The position numbers and the translations under genes are program-made. DNA of 64,000 bases from Dehalococcoidia bacterium (GTDB taxonomy: Bacteria > Chloroflexota > Dehalococcoidia > UBA2979), in assembly GCA_029941115.1 (NCBI GenBank), contig JAPYRK010000010.1:2527-66526 (forward strand), given 5' to 3'. Positions 18,084 through 27,301 of this stretch are shown piece by piece. The notes beneath the pieces were generated by a model. The model did not search any database. It saw only the letters and a list, made by a program, of their open reading frames with translations, and was not told where the DNA came from. Every line of letters starts with the position of its first letter. Within the stretch, counting starts at the first letter, position 1.

Positions 18084-19487
18084 CTACTCGCTTTTATTCT
18101 CAAATCTATCCTCCGAACGTTTACGAAATATGAGACGTATTGCAGTTCCGGTATAGTCGAAATTTTCACGGATCTGATTTTCCAAGTATCTCTGGTATGA
18201 AAAGTGCACGAGCTCGGGATCATTAACAAAGAATACAAAAGTAGGAGGCTCTATTTCGGCCTGAGTTGCATACATAACCTTCAACCGTTTTGTTCCCACC
18301 ATAGGAGGTGGATGTGTCGTCATAGCCTGTCGGATAACTCTGTTAAGTTCACCTGTGGTAATGCGTCTGCGCCGCACATGATAGGCAGTAACCACTAGTT
18401 CTAAAAGTTCTTGAATCCCCTCACCTGTTTTTGCAGAAACAAACATCACCGGAGCCCACGGTAAAAAACGATAGCGATAATCAATAGACTTCACGAGTTC
18501 AGGTCTGCTCGATCTATCTTCGGCTAGATCCCATTTATTGACCCCAATAACTAAGCCCTTGAAATTCTCATTCACATAGCCTGCAATATGAGTGTCTTGC
18601 GAGGTGAGTAACTCCTTGAAGTCCAAGAGTAGTATCACTACATCTGCTCGGGCCATAGCTGATTCAGCACGCTGAACTGAGTGTCGTTCAACACCTCTAT
18701 CCACTCTCCCGCGTCTACGAATTCCAGCCGTATCAACTAGGAGCACTGAGTTTCCCTCAAAATTAAACCTAGTATCGATCGCGTCTCGCGTAGTCCCCGG
18801 TATATCCGAGACGATAACTCGATTTTCGCCAAGTATCGCATTTGTCAGTGACGACTTTCCAACATTAGGACGACCCACGATCGATGCTCGAATAAGCTCA
18901 GACTTGACTTGAAAGTCGTCACTCTCATTCGTAACGTGGCTAAAGAGATTAACTTCATTAACTATCGTGTCCAGTAATGTACCTATTCCTCTTCCATGAA
19001 GTGCAGATATTCCAACCGGAGCGCCAAGACCCAGCGAATAAAATTCTGCAGCTAATAGTTGTTGATCTGAGGCCTCGGCCTTATTCATGACAAGAATTAT
19101 AGATTTGTCTCTTGCCCGAAGGCGTTCGGCAATGATAGCGTCGGCAGGATTTAATCCAGATCTCCCATCAACTACGAAGAGTATTAACGCAGCTTCGGCT
19201 AAAACCATATCAACTCCACCGTGTATTAGTTCAGCAAAAGGATCGTCACTGTATCCTTCCACCAAACCACCGGTATCAACCAAACGTAAGACCTGTCCTC
19301 GCCATTCAAACGCCCGATAAATACGATCTCGGGTCGTTCCTGCAAGATCCTCCACTAGCGCAGTGTTCGATCGAGTCAAACGATTAAATAAAGCGGACTT
19401 GCCCACATTAGGCCGGCCAACAATAGCCACTACTGAGTGATCTAAATTACTCGACTGATCAAGTTCAGTTTGTTTCTTCTCGTTCAT
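18084..19487 (-). CDS. der: ribosome biogenesis GTPase Der (EngA)
   Basis: two GRPNVGKS P-loops, GTTRD, DTGG/DTAG, KH-like C-terminus. Confidence 0.98.
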   Translation of the reverse strand: MNEKKQTELDQSSNLDHSVVAIVGRPNVGKSALFNRLTRSNTALVEDLAGTTRDRIYRAFEWRGQVLRLVDTGGLVEGYSDDPFAELIHGGVDMVLAEAALILFVVDGRSGLNPADAIIAERLRARDKSIILVMNKAEASDQQLLAAEFYSLGLGAPVGISALHGRGIGTLLDTIVNEVNLFSHVTNESDDFQVKSELIRASIVGRPNVGKSSLTNAILGENRVIVSDIPGTTRDAIDTRFNFEGNSVLLVDTAGIRRRGRVDRGVERHSVQRAESAMARADVVILLLDFKELLTSQDTHIAGYVNENFKGLVIGVNKWDLAEDRSSRPELVKSIDYRYRFLPWAPVMFVSAKTGEGIQELLELVVTAYHVRRRRITTGELNRVIRQAMTTHPPPMVGTKRLKVMYATQAEIEPPTFVFFVNDPELVHFSYQRYLENQIRENFDYTGTAIRLIFRKRSEDRFENKSE

Positions 19488-20779
19488 TCAGCCACCACTA
19501 GTTCAATCACGACAGTACTATTCTTTTCCGCGGTCAACCCGTCCGGCAGTGTAACGACAACCGAGACGGTGTGGCTCCCTGCAGTCAGTTCAAACAAATC
19601 CACAGTGGCAGTGACAGCCTGAAGCGATAGATCTGAGACCAGTTCGATTGGTCCAATTACATCAACTAGAACGCGAGGCGGCTCGGATACGTTCAGCTTT
19701 TCTCCTAAATTCTCCAAAGTCACTTCTAAATCAAGCGTGGCAGTCACTATTATTGGGGTAATATCGATTGCCACTGTAACAAAGCTTTTCACGTTTGGAT
19801 CTCCTCCTAAAATAGTCACTCCAGATGGCAAAATAAGCGCGACGCGTTTGCTCCAATTCTCAAACTCACCCTCTAAATCAATATCTTCGGTATATAGCTT
19901 ATTCACTTCGTTAATGAATCGTTGAGGTCCTGAAATTTCAACGACAGTGGGGTACGTCCGAACGTCTGTAACCCTGTAGCCGCTCTTGGGAATTCCCGAA
20001 ACTGAAATACTCACAGGAACCTGTCGAATACTAAGATTTCTGGTAATTTCTACATTCACCTCAGTCGACGGAGGTGATATCGAAATACCTCCGATTTCAG
20101 AGCCATTCATATCAAATGCATGAAAAGATAAAAAGCGTGAGGAGGTTGCCTGCATATCGCTGACATCTAACCGAACTGCCACGGAATCAATCAGGTCAAT
20201 GCGCGATTTTGGACCTGATACGCTAACTTGGGAAGATGAAAATTCTATAGCACCAAGCTCGAATCCGCTTGCCAGTGATCCAGTCAGTCGGCTTCCTGGA
20301 ACAACTGTTTTCGTTATCCTCGGTTCCAGGATGATCACAATTTGCGGTGGGTCCACTTCAACCAATCGAACCGAAGTCTTATTACCAAAATTGATATGAG
20401 GGGTGATATCTATGAGGTGTTCCCCTTCGCCATAATTACTAAGATCAAGACTCGCCTGAAAATCAGCAGCCGTTAATGATTCCCATCTGTCCGACGTAGC
20501 AGCTGCGTAAATCTTCACACCAGAAGGAACATTAACAACTGCTAAATCCGAGGCAACATTAACTGGACTGACGGATACGAGTCCGGGAACACCGTCGACG
20601 CGTCTCGAGTTTTCTGAATCGGTAACAAATATCCACAAGGAAAGACTCAGAAGAAAAGAAATAATCAATAAGCTCGGTGAAGATTTCGCTGCGCTGAAGA
20701 TCCTATTCCACAGCCCCTTTACAAGCTCCAATGCCTCTTCACGACTTATTTCCTCGTCAAGATCGAATCTATCGCGCAT
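19484..20779 (-). CDS. cdaR: CdaR/YbbR-repeat regulator of diadenylate cyclase
   Basis: single TM (LSLSLWIFV) followed by beta-rich repeats (VSVSGP, VEISGP, VDVIGP); coupled to cdaA. Confidence 0.88.
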   Translation of the reverse strand: MRDRFDLDEEISREEALELVKGLWNRIFSAAKSSPSLLIISFLLSLSLWIFVTDSENSRRVDGVPGLVSVSPVNVASDLAVVNVPSGVKIYAAATSDRWESLTAADFQASLDLSNYGEGEHLIDITPHINFGNKTSVRLVEVDPPQIVIILEPRITKTVVPGSRLTGSLASGFELGAIEFSSSQVSVSGPKSRIDLIDSVAVRLDVSDMQATSSRFLSFHAFDMNGSEIGGISISPPSTEVNVEITRNLSIRQVPVSISVSGIPKSGYRVTDVRTYPTVVEISGPQRFINEVNKLYTEDIDLEGEFENWSKRVALILPSGVTILGGDPNVKSFVTVAIDITPIIVTATLDLEVTLENLGEKLNVSEPPRVLVDVIGPIELVSDLSLQAVTATVDLFELTAGSHTVSVVVTLPDGLTAEKNSTVVIELVVAE

Positions 20780-21618
20780 CAGAGAGCCTCACTCAGATCT
20801 GAGTTGATAGACCGCGGCTCTGGAGGGTCGGCCTCTTGTAAATCTATTTCAAATAATGTTTCTAACTGAAGTCGAAGTTGTCGCTCATTCACCGGACTCA
20901 CTAATCGACCATTCGCTGCTAAGGAAATTTCTCCACGCTCCTCTGATGTGATCAACACGACCGCATCAGTCGTCTCAGTAAGGCCAAGTCCTGCTCGATG
21001 TCGCGTACCAAATCGACTAGCCATCACTCTGCTAGATAAAGGCAGGGTGCAACCTGCCGCAAGAATTCGACCACGTTGGATGACCACCGCTCCATCATGC
21101 ATGGGCGTGCCCGGAAAAAAGAGTGTTTCTAGTAATTCGCCGCCGACCCGCGCATTCACACTTATCCCTACTTCAATTACATCCGCCAAGCCCGTGTCCC
21201 TTTCGAGTACGACTAAAGCTCCCACATTATCTCGGGCGAGCTTTAGAACTGAACCAATAATTAGCTCCAACACATGTGGCTCAATTCTCCTGTTACTAGC
21301 TAGTCCCCAGACACCTGTTCGGCCCAGTTTTTCCAAAGCCCTACGAATATCACTCTGGAAAATAATCACAACGGCCAGTACCAGCCCCGTCAAGGCGTTC
21401 CGCAACAACCAATTTAAAACTACTAAATCAAAAATCCGTGCGAGTAGAAATGCGACCACTAAAAGAACCGCAGCTCCTCGAAGCACCGACATCGCAGCGG
21501 TACCTCGAAGCAACAGCAGTAGCCAGTAAAGCGCACCCCCAACAATCACGATATCAACCACCGATGAGACATCAAAGTTCGCCACTAAGTCAACAAGTTC
21601 ACCTGAAAAATCGAACAC
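20779..21618 (-). CDS. cdaA: diadenylate cyclase CdaA (DacA)
   Basis: 3 N-terminal TMs, PMHDGAVVI and GTRHRAG catalytic motifs, SEERG. Confidence 0.95.
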   Translation of the reverse strand: MFDFSGELVDLVANFDVSSVVDIVIVGGALYWLLLLLRGTAAMSVLRGAAVLLVVAFLLARIFDLVVLNWLLRNALTGLVLAVVIIFQSDIRRALEKLGRTGVWGLASNRRIEPHVLELIIGSVLKLARDNVGALVVLERDTGLADVIEVGISVNARVGGELLETLFFPGTPMHDGAVVIQRGRILAAGCTLPLSSRVMASRFGTRHRAGLGLTETTDAVVLITSEERGEISLAANGRLVSPVNERQLRLQLETLFEIDLQEADPPEPRSINSDLSEAL

Positions 21619-21702
21619 CCGTAATACTCCTAGTTACCATCACCACTCAGTAATCCTAAGCCAAAGGCATCAGTGACGGAGCCTGCGGACAAAGAGAACT
21701 AA

Positions 21703-22614
21703 TCAGTTCACGTTAAACATGTACTTTAAAGCTGCTTGAGTCGTAAACAATCTATTCTCGGCCTGATCAAAAATAATCGAGTTTCGCCCCTCGAAAACAT
21801 CACGGGTTATCTCCTCACCATGATGTGCCGGCAAGTCATGCATCACTAGGGCATCGGGTGGGGCCGCTGACATAAGTTCCGAATTGACTTGATAACTAGC
21901 GAAAGCCTCCGCTCTTACTGCTATTTCGTCCTCCTGACCCATTGATGCCCATACATCTGTATAAACTGCAGCAACATCAGTTACAGCCTCATAGGGATCA
22001 GTTAGTTGAAAAACTGTCCCGTCTCCAGCCAGTGAATTAGCTAATTCAACAACCGACGGGTCAAGTTGATACCCAACTGGCGACGCAATCTTAATGTGCA
22101 TTCCGCTCATAACCGAGGCATACGCAAGTGAGCGAGCGACGTTGTAGCCGTCGCCCACGAAAGCAATACTAATGCCCCGCAAAGATCCGAATTTTTCTTT
22201 CAACGTGAGGAGATCGGCTAGCGCCTGACACGGATGCTCTAAGTCGGACAAGGCGTTAAGAATCGGAATGTCACTAACTTCACAAGCTGACAAAATAGTC
22301 TGGTGAGAAAAGACACGTAGAGCTATTCCATCAGCCATTCTTGATACCACTCTTGCCACATCTTCAATAGGCTCTCGCTCACCAATCTGAACCTCATGCG
22401 CACCAAATGCCACAACATGTCCTCCCAGAAGCTGAGCTCCAATCTCTAACGAGGCCTTGGTTCTAAGCGACGGTTTTTCAAAAATAGTTGTCAATACTTT
22501 TCCGGACAAAGATTGGTCGGGGCCGTTTCGTTTTAATAATTCTGCAGAATTGAGCAAATCCGATATGGAATCCGGACTCAAATCAGCAATAGCAACTAAA
22601 TTACGACCACTCAC
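21703..22614 (-). CDS. argF: ornithine carbamoyltransferase
   Basis: FEKPSLRT, HPCQALAD, YTDVWASMG, HDLPAH, DQAENR. Confidence 0.95.
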   Translation of the reverse strand: MSGRNLVAIADLSPDSISDLLNSAELLKRNGPDQSLSGKVLTTIFEKPSLRTKASLEIGAQLLGGHVVAFGAHEVQIGEREPIEDVARVVSRMADGIALRVFSHQTILSACEVSDIPILNALSDLEHPCQALADLLTLKEKFGSLRGISIAFVGDGYNVARSLAYASVMSGMHIKIASPVGYQLDPSVVELANSLAGDGTVFQLTDPYEAVTDVAAVYTDVWASMGQEDEIAVRAEAFASYQVNSELMSAAPPDALVMHDLPAHHGEEITRDVFEGRNSIIFDQAENRLFTTQAALKYMFNVN

Positions 22615-22718
22615 GATGATACCTTCCCACTTAATGTTTCAGGGGACTAAATTATAAACCTAGAGGCCAATTCAGTCCCAATTCAAAATCTTCTTCCAAA
22701 GTTACAGTTTGTCCAGTC

Positions 22719-23096
22719 TCAAGAATCATCAGACGGCATGACAATCAGAGCTAAATATGCCTCTTCTTTATGGTTATTCACGATTGCCCAAGCTCCTCTT
22801 ATCTTTGTTTCTATTTTAAGTAGATCTCCAGGATTCAGGGTTACTGCTGAGCCCTGGCTTCCACTGACAGTGACTTTCCCTAGGAGATTTATCGCAACAC
22901 CGGGAGCGGCTCTGTGAAGCGGTAGTTCTATTTCTTGCTCGATTCGTAGCATCATTAACCGTGATGCGCTTCCCAAAATAGTGCCACCCAAACCTTTAAA
23001 TGCACCTGGTCCAATTTCAAAAGGGAGATCTTTTATTGAGTAAGAATCAATCCAAGTCTCACCTTCTTCATTCTCCATTAATATATAAGCTGACAT
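22719..23096 (-). CDS. hypothetical protein, cupin-like beta barrel
   Basis: 125 aa, AGAGGTG SD; PLHRAAP..INLLGKVTV...TLNPGDLL resembles a degenerate cupin. Confidence 0.65.
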   Translation of the reverse strand: MSAYILMENEEGETWIDSYSIKDLPFEIGPGAFKGLGGTILGSASRLMMLRIEQEIELPLHRAAPGVAINLLGKVTVSGSQGSAVTLNPGDLLKIETKIRGAWAIVNNHKEEAYLALIVMPSDDS

Positions 23097-23181
23097 GTAC
23101 GCACCTCTTTTGGTAGTCTCAAAGATCTTAAACTCATAAACGTATAAGAATAGTGTCTTCGCGAACGATGCTATCTAGAAA

Positions 23182-23916
23182 GTGCAGATTCAGATGGGAA
23201 TTCACCGGAGTAACAGTCGAACTACTAACGAACTAAGAAACATAATCATTGAGACCGATGTTAGTAAGCATGCCGAAGGATCAGTCCTTGTGAGCTTTGG
23301 TGATACAAAGGTACTCTGCACGGCTACCGTAGAGCGCGGAGTTCCACGGTGGAAACGCGGAGATAATTCTGGTTGGCTTACCGCAGAGTATGCCATGCTA
23401 CCAAGAGCTACAAACACCAGATCCAAAAGAGGCCAAAATGGCAGAGCAACTGAAATTCAACGACTGATCGCGCGAGCTCTACGATCATCTATCGATCTGG
23501 CGAAACTCGGTGAAGAAACGATCACCCTGGATTGCGACGTAATTCAAGCAGATGGAGGAACCAGAACAGCCTCAATTACAGGAGCATGGACAGCTTTAGC
23601 AATGGCGATTGAGAGACTACAAAGTACTGCTAAGCTCTCCACCTCGCCAATCACGTCACAAGTGGCCGCAATCTCCTGTGGCATGGTATCTGGGGAATTT
23701 TTGCTCGACCTCGACTACCTTGAAGACTCGGCAGCTGATGTCGACTTTAATGTTGTGATGCTCTCCACTGACCAACTAGTAGAAGTACAAGGAACTGCCG
23801 AAGGTAAGGCTTTCAGTCGGCCGGATCTAGATCGCATGGTGAGCCTAGCGACTACTGGTATCGAACAATTATTTGTGGCCCAGCGACAAGCTCTTGATGA
23901 ATGGCGAAGTAAGTGA
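23182..23916 (+). CDS. rph: ribonuclease PH
   Basis: AEGSVLVSFGDTKVLCTA, EYAMLPRAT, QADGGTRTASITGA, EVQGTAEG. Confidence 0.97.
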   Translation: MQIQMGIHRSNSRTTNELRNIIIETDVSKHAEGSVLVSFGDTKVLCTATVERGVPRWKRGDNSGWLTAEYAMLPRATNTRSKRGQNGRATEIQRLIARALRSSIDLAKLGEETITLDCDVIQADGGTRTASITGAWTALAMAIERLQSTAKLSTSPITSQVAAISCGMVSGEFLLDLDYLEDSAADVDFNVVMLSTDQLVEVQGTAEGKAFSRPDLDRMVSLATTGIEQLFVAQRQALDEWRSK

Positions 23917-23923
23917 CTATTCT

Positions 23924-24259
23924 ATGAATGACGATCTGGGACTCTATGCCGTACTGACAAAGCTCGAGAGATCCATTCAGGAGTACCCCACACTATTGGG
24001 AGCGATTGCCGCAACAGCTAAGGCGCATTGGGTGATAACAGACAGCACATGCCTGGTGCTGTCTGAACTAACAGCAAAAGAAATCCGAGACAGCATTTCC
24101 GCCGCCGTTGAGGAAAGTGCACTGATTTTTGTATTGCCTGCTGATATGATCGACGCACACTGGACTCCGATGGGAAGCAATCGGTATGGTCGAGAGTTCG
24201 TGAAACAGGCTTTTATCGCCTCAGAGAAGGTGCGAAACAGTAATCGGCGGCGGTTTTAG
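23924..24259 (+). CDS. hypothetical protein, possible Cas2/VapD-like ferredoxin fold
   Basis: ORF starts 7 nt after the rph stop; pattern YAVL..L....QEY..L..AI......W.I.DST.LV.S.LTA.EIRD.I...V......FVL. Confidence 0.55.
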   Translation: MNDDLGLYAVLTKLERSIQEYPTLLGAIAATAKAHWVITDSTCLVLSELTAKEIRDSISAAVEESALIFVLPADMIDAHWTPMGSNRYGREFVKQAFIASEKVRNSNRRRF

Positions 24260-24579
24260 GCATACTCTCCGAGAAAGTGCCCTCCGAGTATATGCACGTG
24301 CGCGTGATTTTGACTTTGCATTCCATCATACCCAAAATTTGAAATTAAGCGGAACCCGTTTGGGCACTGCTCTTCAGCAACTAGCGTGGCTGCACGACCG
24401 ACCGCATCCATGTCAGACCAAAGTTCACTTTGGGTCAAATGTTCCTTCGGAGCGGCTAATAACATCACTGGTGCCCACCTAAGCCTGTTACGAAACACAA
24501 TAGCATTTTCATCCTCATAAAAAATCTCAGCCGGTTCACGGTGAGCAATTATTTCGCAAAAAACACAAAACCCCGCCAT
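24256..24579 (-). CDS. HIT-family nucleotide hydrolase
   Basis: CVFC, QSQNHAHVHILGG histidine triad. Confidence 0.9.
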   Translation of the reverse strand: MAGFCVFCEIIAHREPAEIFYEDENAIVFRNRLRWAPVMLLAAPKEHLTQSELWSDMDAVGRAATLVAEEQCPNGFRLISNFGYDGMQSQNHAHVHILGGHFLGEYA

Positions 24580-24670
24580 GATAGCCTCCGTCTGCGAACT
24601 ATTTTAGATTTGCCGGTAGCTGCTACAGTTCAGTCATGAAATTATAGGGCAACGACATTTAAAAAATAGA

Positions 24671-26032
24671 GTGAAAGAAATTATTCAAGTGCCGGAAATC
24701 CAAGCCTTCTACGGTCTTCGATACAATCCACAACTCATCAGGGGCTCGGAGGTCATTTCGCCGCCCTACGACATCGTCAAATCGGACGACCTACGCTCGT
24801 TAAGAAGCTCAGCCTCAGTAACCGAGTCCGATCGAAAATATAATGCCTCAATACTTGAGAATCCCAGCCCAACAGCTATTGGTTACGCTAGCGTATTAAC
24901 AAATATCAAAGCATGGACAGAAGCAGATGTACTAATAAAGGAGTCATATCCGTGTCTCTATCTATATGAACAAATCTTCAAACTACCTGACAATGACGCT
25001 GCTAATAAAAAAAACTCTACCTACCGGCGCAGAGTCCTACTTGCGGCGACGCGTCTTTCAAAGCCAGAAGATGGTGTAATACGGCATCATGAAAGCACAA
25101 TGGCCGGACCTCGACAAGATAGACTGAAGCTCTACACTGCTGCGAGACATGCAATAAGTCCAATACTCGCGTCGGTCGAAGATTCTAACTCGGAATTTCT
25201 TAGCCTGTTAAATGAGGATTACGGACCAGAAATATTTGGTGGAACCGATTTATCAGGAGTTGAACATAAACTCTGGAAGATATCTGAAAACACTCAGGTC
25301 GCCAAGTTTCGGAAAGTTGTTCACGATCTCCCTGCGACAATTGCAGATGGGCACCATCGAACCATGACGGCACTAGCTTATTTAGACGAAGCTGGCTCGA
25401 CCAAAAAACTAACACGCCACGCTGCTGAGCGTTTTGCTCTAATGGGACTGGCATCTGATCAGGACAAAAGTCTATTGATTTTACCAACACATAGGATTCT
25501 CCTTAAGGATTCGGCGCCCGAAGATATCCTCGACAGGCTTTCGGGGCTGTACCAAATCAATGAATTGAACTCACTCGACTCTGCATGGGAAACCGTTAGA
25601 AGAAATGCGACCGGGCCGGTAAGTTTCGTTGCACTAGGCCTAACAGAACAAGGTGAAAACTATTCAATTCACTTACTAACCGCCAAAGACGCAAACCAAA
25701 TCCGTTCAGCAATGCCCAGCCAATTAGGAGCTGCTGCTAGGGATGTGGATATTCTTATCCTTACATCCACTATTCTTCGACCTCTATTCAACATCGATAG
25801 TGCTTCTCTGGCGGCTGGCACCCAAGTTGGTTTCGAGGAAAGTATTCATATGGTGGAAAATGCTATAAAAAGCGGGGATGCAAAAGTTGCATTTTTGGCT
25901 AATCCAGCGACAATAGAGCAAGTACAAGCCGTTGCAGCCGCCGGGGAGGTGCTACCCCAAAAAACTACCTACTACTACCCAAAACTCGGAACAGGTATGG
26001 TGTTTTACCCGCTTACGGGGCGTGTGAACTAG
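24671..26032 (+). CDS. DUF1015 family protein
   Basis: SPPYD, HEST, IADGHHR, ILPTHR, LPQKTTYYYPKL..G motifs. Confidence 0.9.
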   Translation: MKEIIQVPEIQAFYGLRYNPQLIRGSEVISPPYDIVKSDDLRSLRSSASVTESDRKYNASILENPSPTAIGYASVLTNIKAWTEADVLIKESYPCLYLYEQIFKLPDNDAANKKNSTYRRRVLLAATRLSKPEDGVIRHHESTMAGPRQDRLKLYTAARHAISPILASVEDSNSEFLSLLNEDYGPEIFGGTDLSGVEHKLWKISENTQVAKFRKVVHDLPATIADGHHRTMTALAYLDEAGSTKKLTRHAAERFALMGLASDQDKSLLILPTHRILLKDSAPEDILDRLSGLYQINELNSLDSAWETVRRNATGPVSFVALGLTEQGENYSIHLLTAKDANQIRSAMPSQLGAAARDVDILILTSTILRPLFNIDSASLAAGTQVGFEESIHMVENAIKSGDAKVAFLANPATIEQVQAVAAAGEVLPQKTTYYYPKLGTGMVFYPLTGRVN

Positions 26033-26183
26033 TTACACTTCAAAGCACTCGTATATCGTGCTCACTGTGATCGTTCGAACATATTTATGGCAACTATTAT
26101 TGAAACAAGCGTTGACTCTAAGTCAGAGTCGCATGACTATGATTTAGAATGAACAAAATCATCTGTTTAACAAGGAGTACGCC

Positions 26184-27272
26184 GTGAACCTGAGACTACC
26201 TGGGCCTATCCCAGTGCCAGAACCAGTGGCTCAAGCAGGGGCCGCCCCGATGATCAACCATCGTGGCCCTGAATTCGCTTCATTAATTCAAGGAACAACC
26301 GAGAAAATTAAACAAGTCTACCTAACTAAGAATGATGTACTCACTCTCACTGCGTCGGGTACCGGAGCCATGGAGGCTGCGGTAGTGAACTTCATGCTTC
26401 CTGGCTCTCACGCGCTGATCATCACCATCGGGGTGTTCGGAAATCGATTTAAAGAACTGGTCAACGCATACGGTGGTGTCGCAACTGTATTAGAATTCAG
26501 CTTTGGTTCAGCGGCCGATCTCACACAAATTAAGGGCGCATTAGAAGCAAATTCTGAAATCAAAACTGTGTTTGTAACTCACAACGAAACTTCAACAGGA
26601 GTTACTAATCCGATCATCCCTGATTTAGTTAAGATTGTGCACAAGCACGACGCGTTATTGATAGTAGACGCAATATCGTCGCTGTCATCCGTAGAATTTC
26701 GCACGGATGAATGGGAAGCTGATGTGGTCTGTTCAGGATCACAAAAGGGATGGATGACTGCACCAGGCTTATCATTTATCTCAGTCAGTGAGACCGCGTG
26801 GCAGCGATCCAAAGAAAACCCACAGCCACGATTCTATTTTGATCTCTTACGGCATAAAAAAGCTTTGGCCGATGGCCAAACACCATGGACTCCAGCAATT
26901 TCGGTCTGGTTCTCATTGGATAAAGCGCTTGACATGATGATAGAAGAGGGCCTTGAGGCGATTTGGGCGCGACACGCACGAGCAGGCCAGAGAGTTAGGG
27001 ATGGAGTGAGAGCTATGGGATTAAAACTGTTTTCCCAAGAAGGTGTTGAATCAAATACGGTTACTTCGATTACGGTTCCTTCAGAATTAGATGGGCTTGA
27101 AATATTAAGAATCGCTCGCGAGCGGTACTCCACGGTGTTCGCGGGAGGCCAAGCCTCTCTTAAGGGACAAATTATTCGTTTCGGACATCTTGGTTATATG
27201 CCTGACTCTGATCTAGACTCTGCACTTGATGCGTTGCGAAATACACTAGCCGATCTCGATTTCAAAGCTTAG
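26184..27272 (+). CDS. class V PLP aminotransferase (alanine-glyoxylate/phosphoserine aminotransferase-like)
   Basis: LPGP, HRGPEF, SGTGAMEA, HNETSTG, VDAISS, GSQKGW; immediately upstream of serA. Confidence 0.92.
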   Translation: MNLRLPGPIPVPEPVAQAGAAPMINHRGPEFASLIQGTTEKIKQVYLTKNDVLTLTASGTGAMEAAVVNFMLPGSHALIITIGVFGNRFKELVNAYGGVATVLEFSFGSAADLTQIKGALEANSEIKTVFVTHNETSTGVTNPIIPDLVKIVHKHDALLIVDAISSLSSVEFRTDEWEADVVCSGSQKGWMTAPGLSFISVSETAWQRSKENPQPRFYFDLLRHKKALADGQTPWTPAISVWFSLDKALDMMIEEGLEAIWARHARAGQRVRDGVRAMGLKLFSQEGVESNTVTSITVPSELDGLEILRIARERYSTVFAGGQASLKGQIIRFGHLGYMPDSDLDSALDALRNTLADLDFKA

Positions 27273-27301
27273 ACCTTTCTGTTTTAACCAAGGAGTCGTA
27301 T

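Noticed and set aside
26070-26100. LexA (GAAC-N4-GTTC) box near CGAACATATTTATG, and similar half-sites before mutS2
   Set aside because: Only one half-site matches in each case
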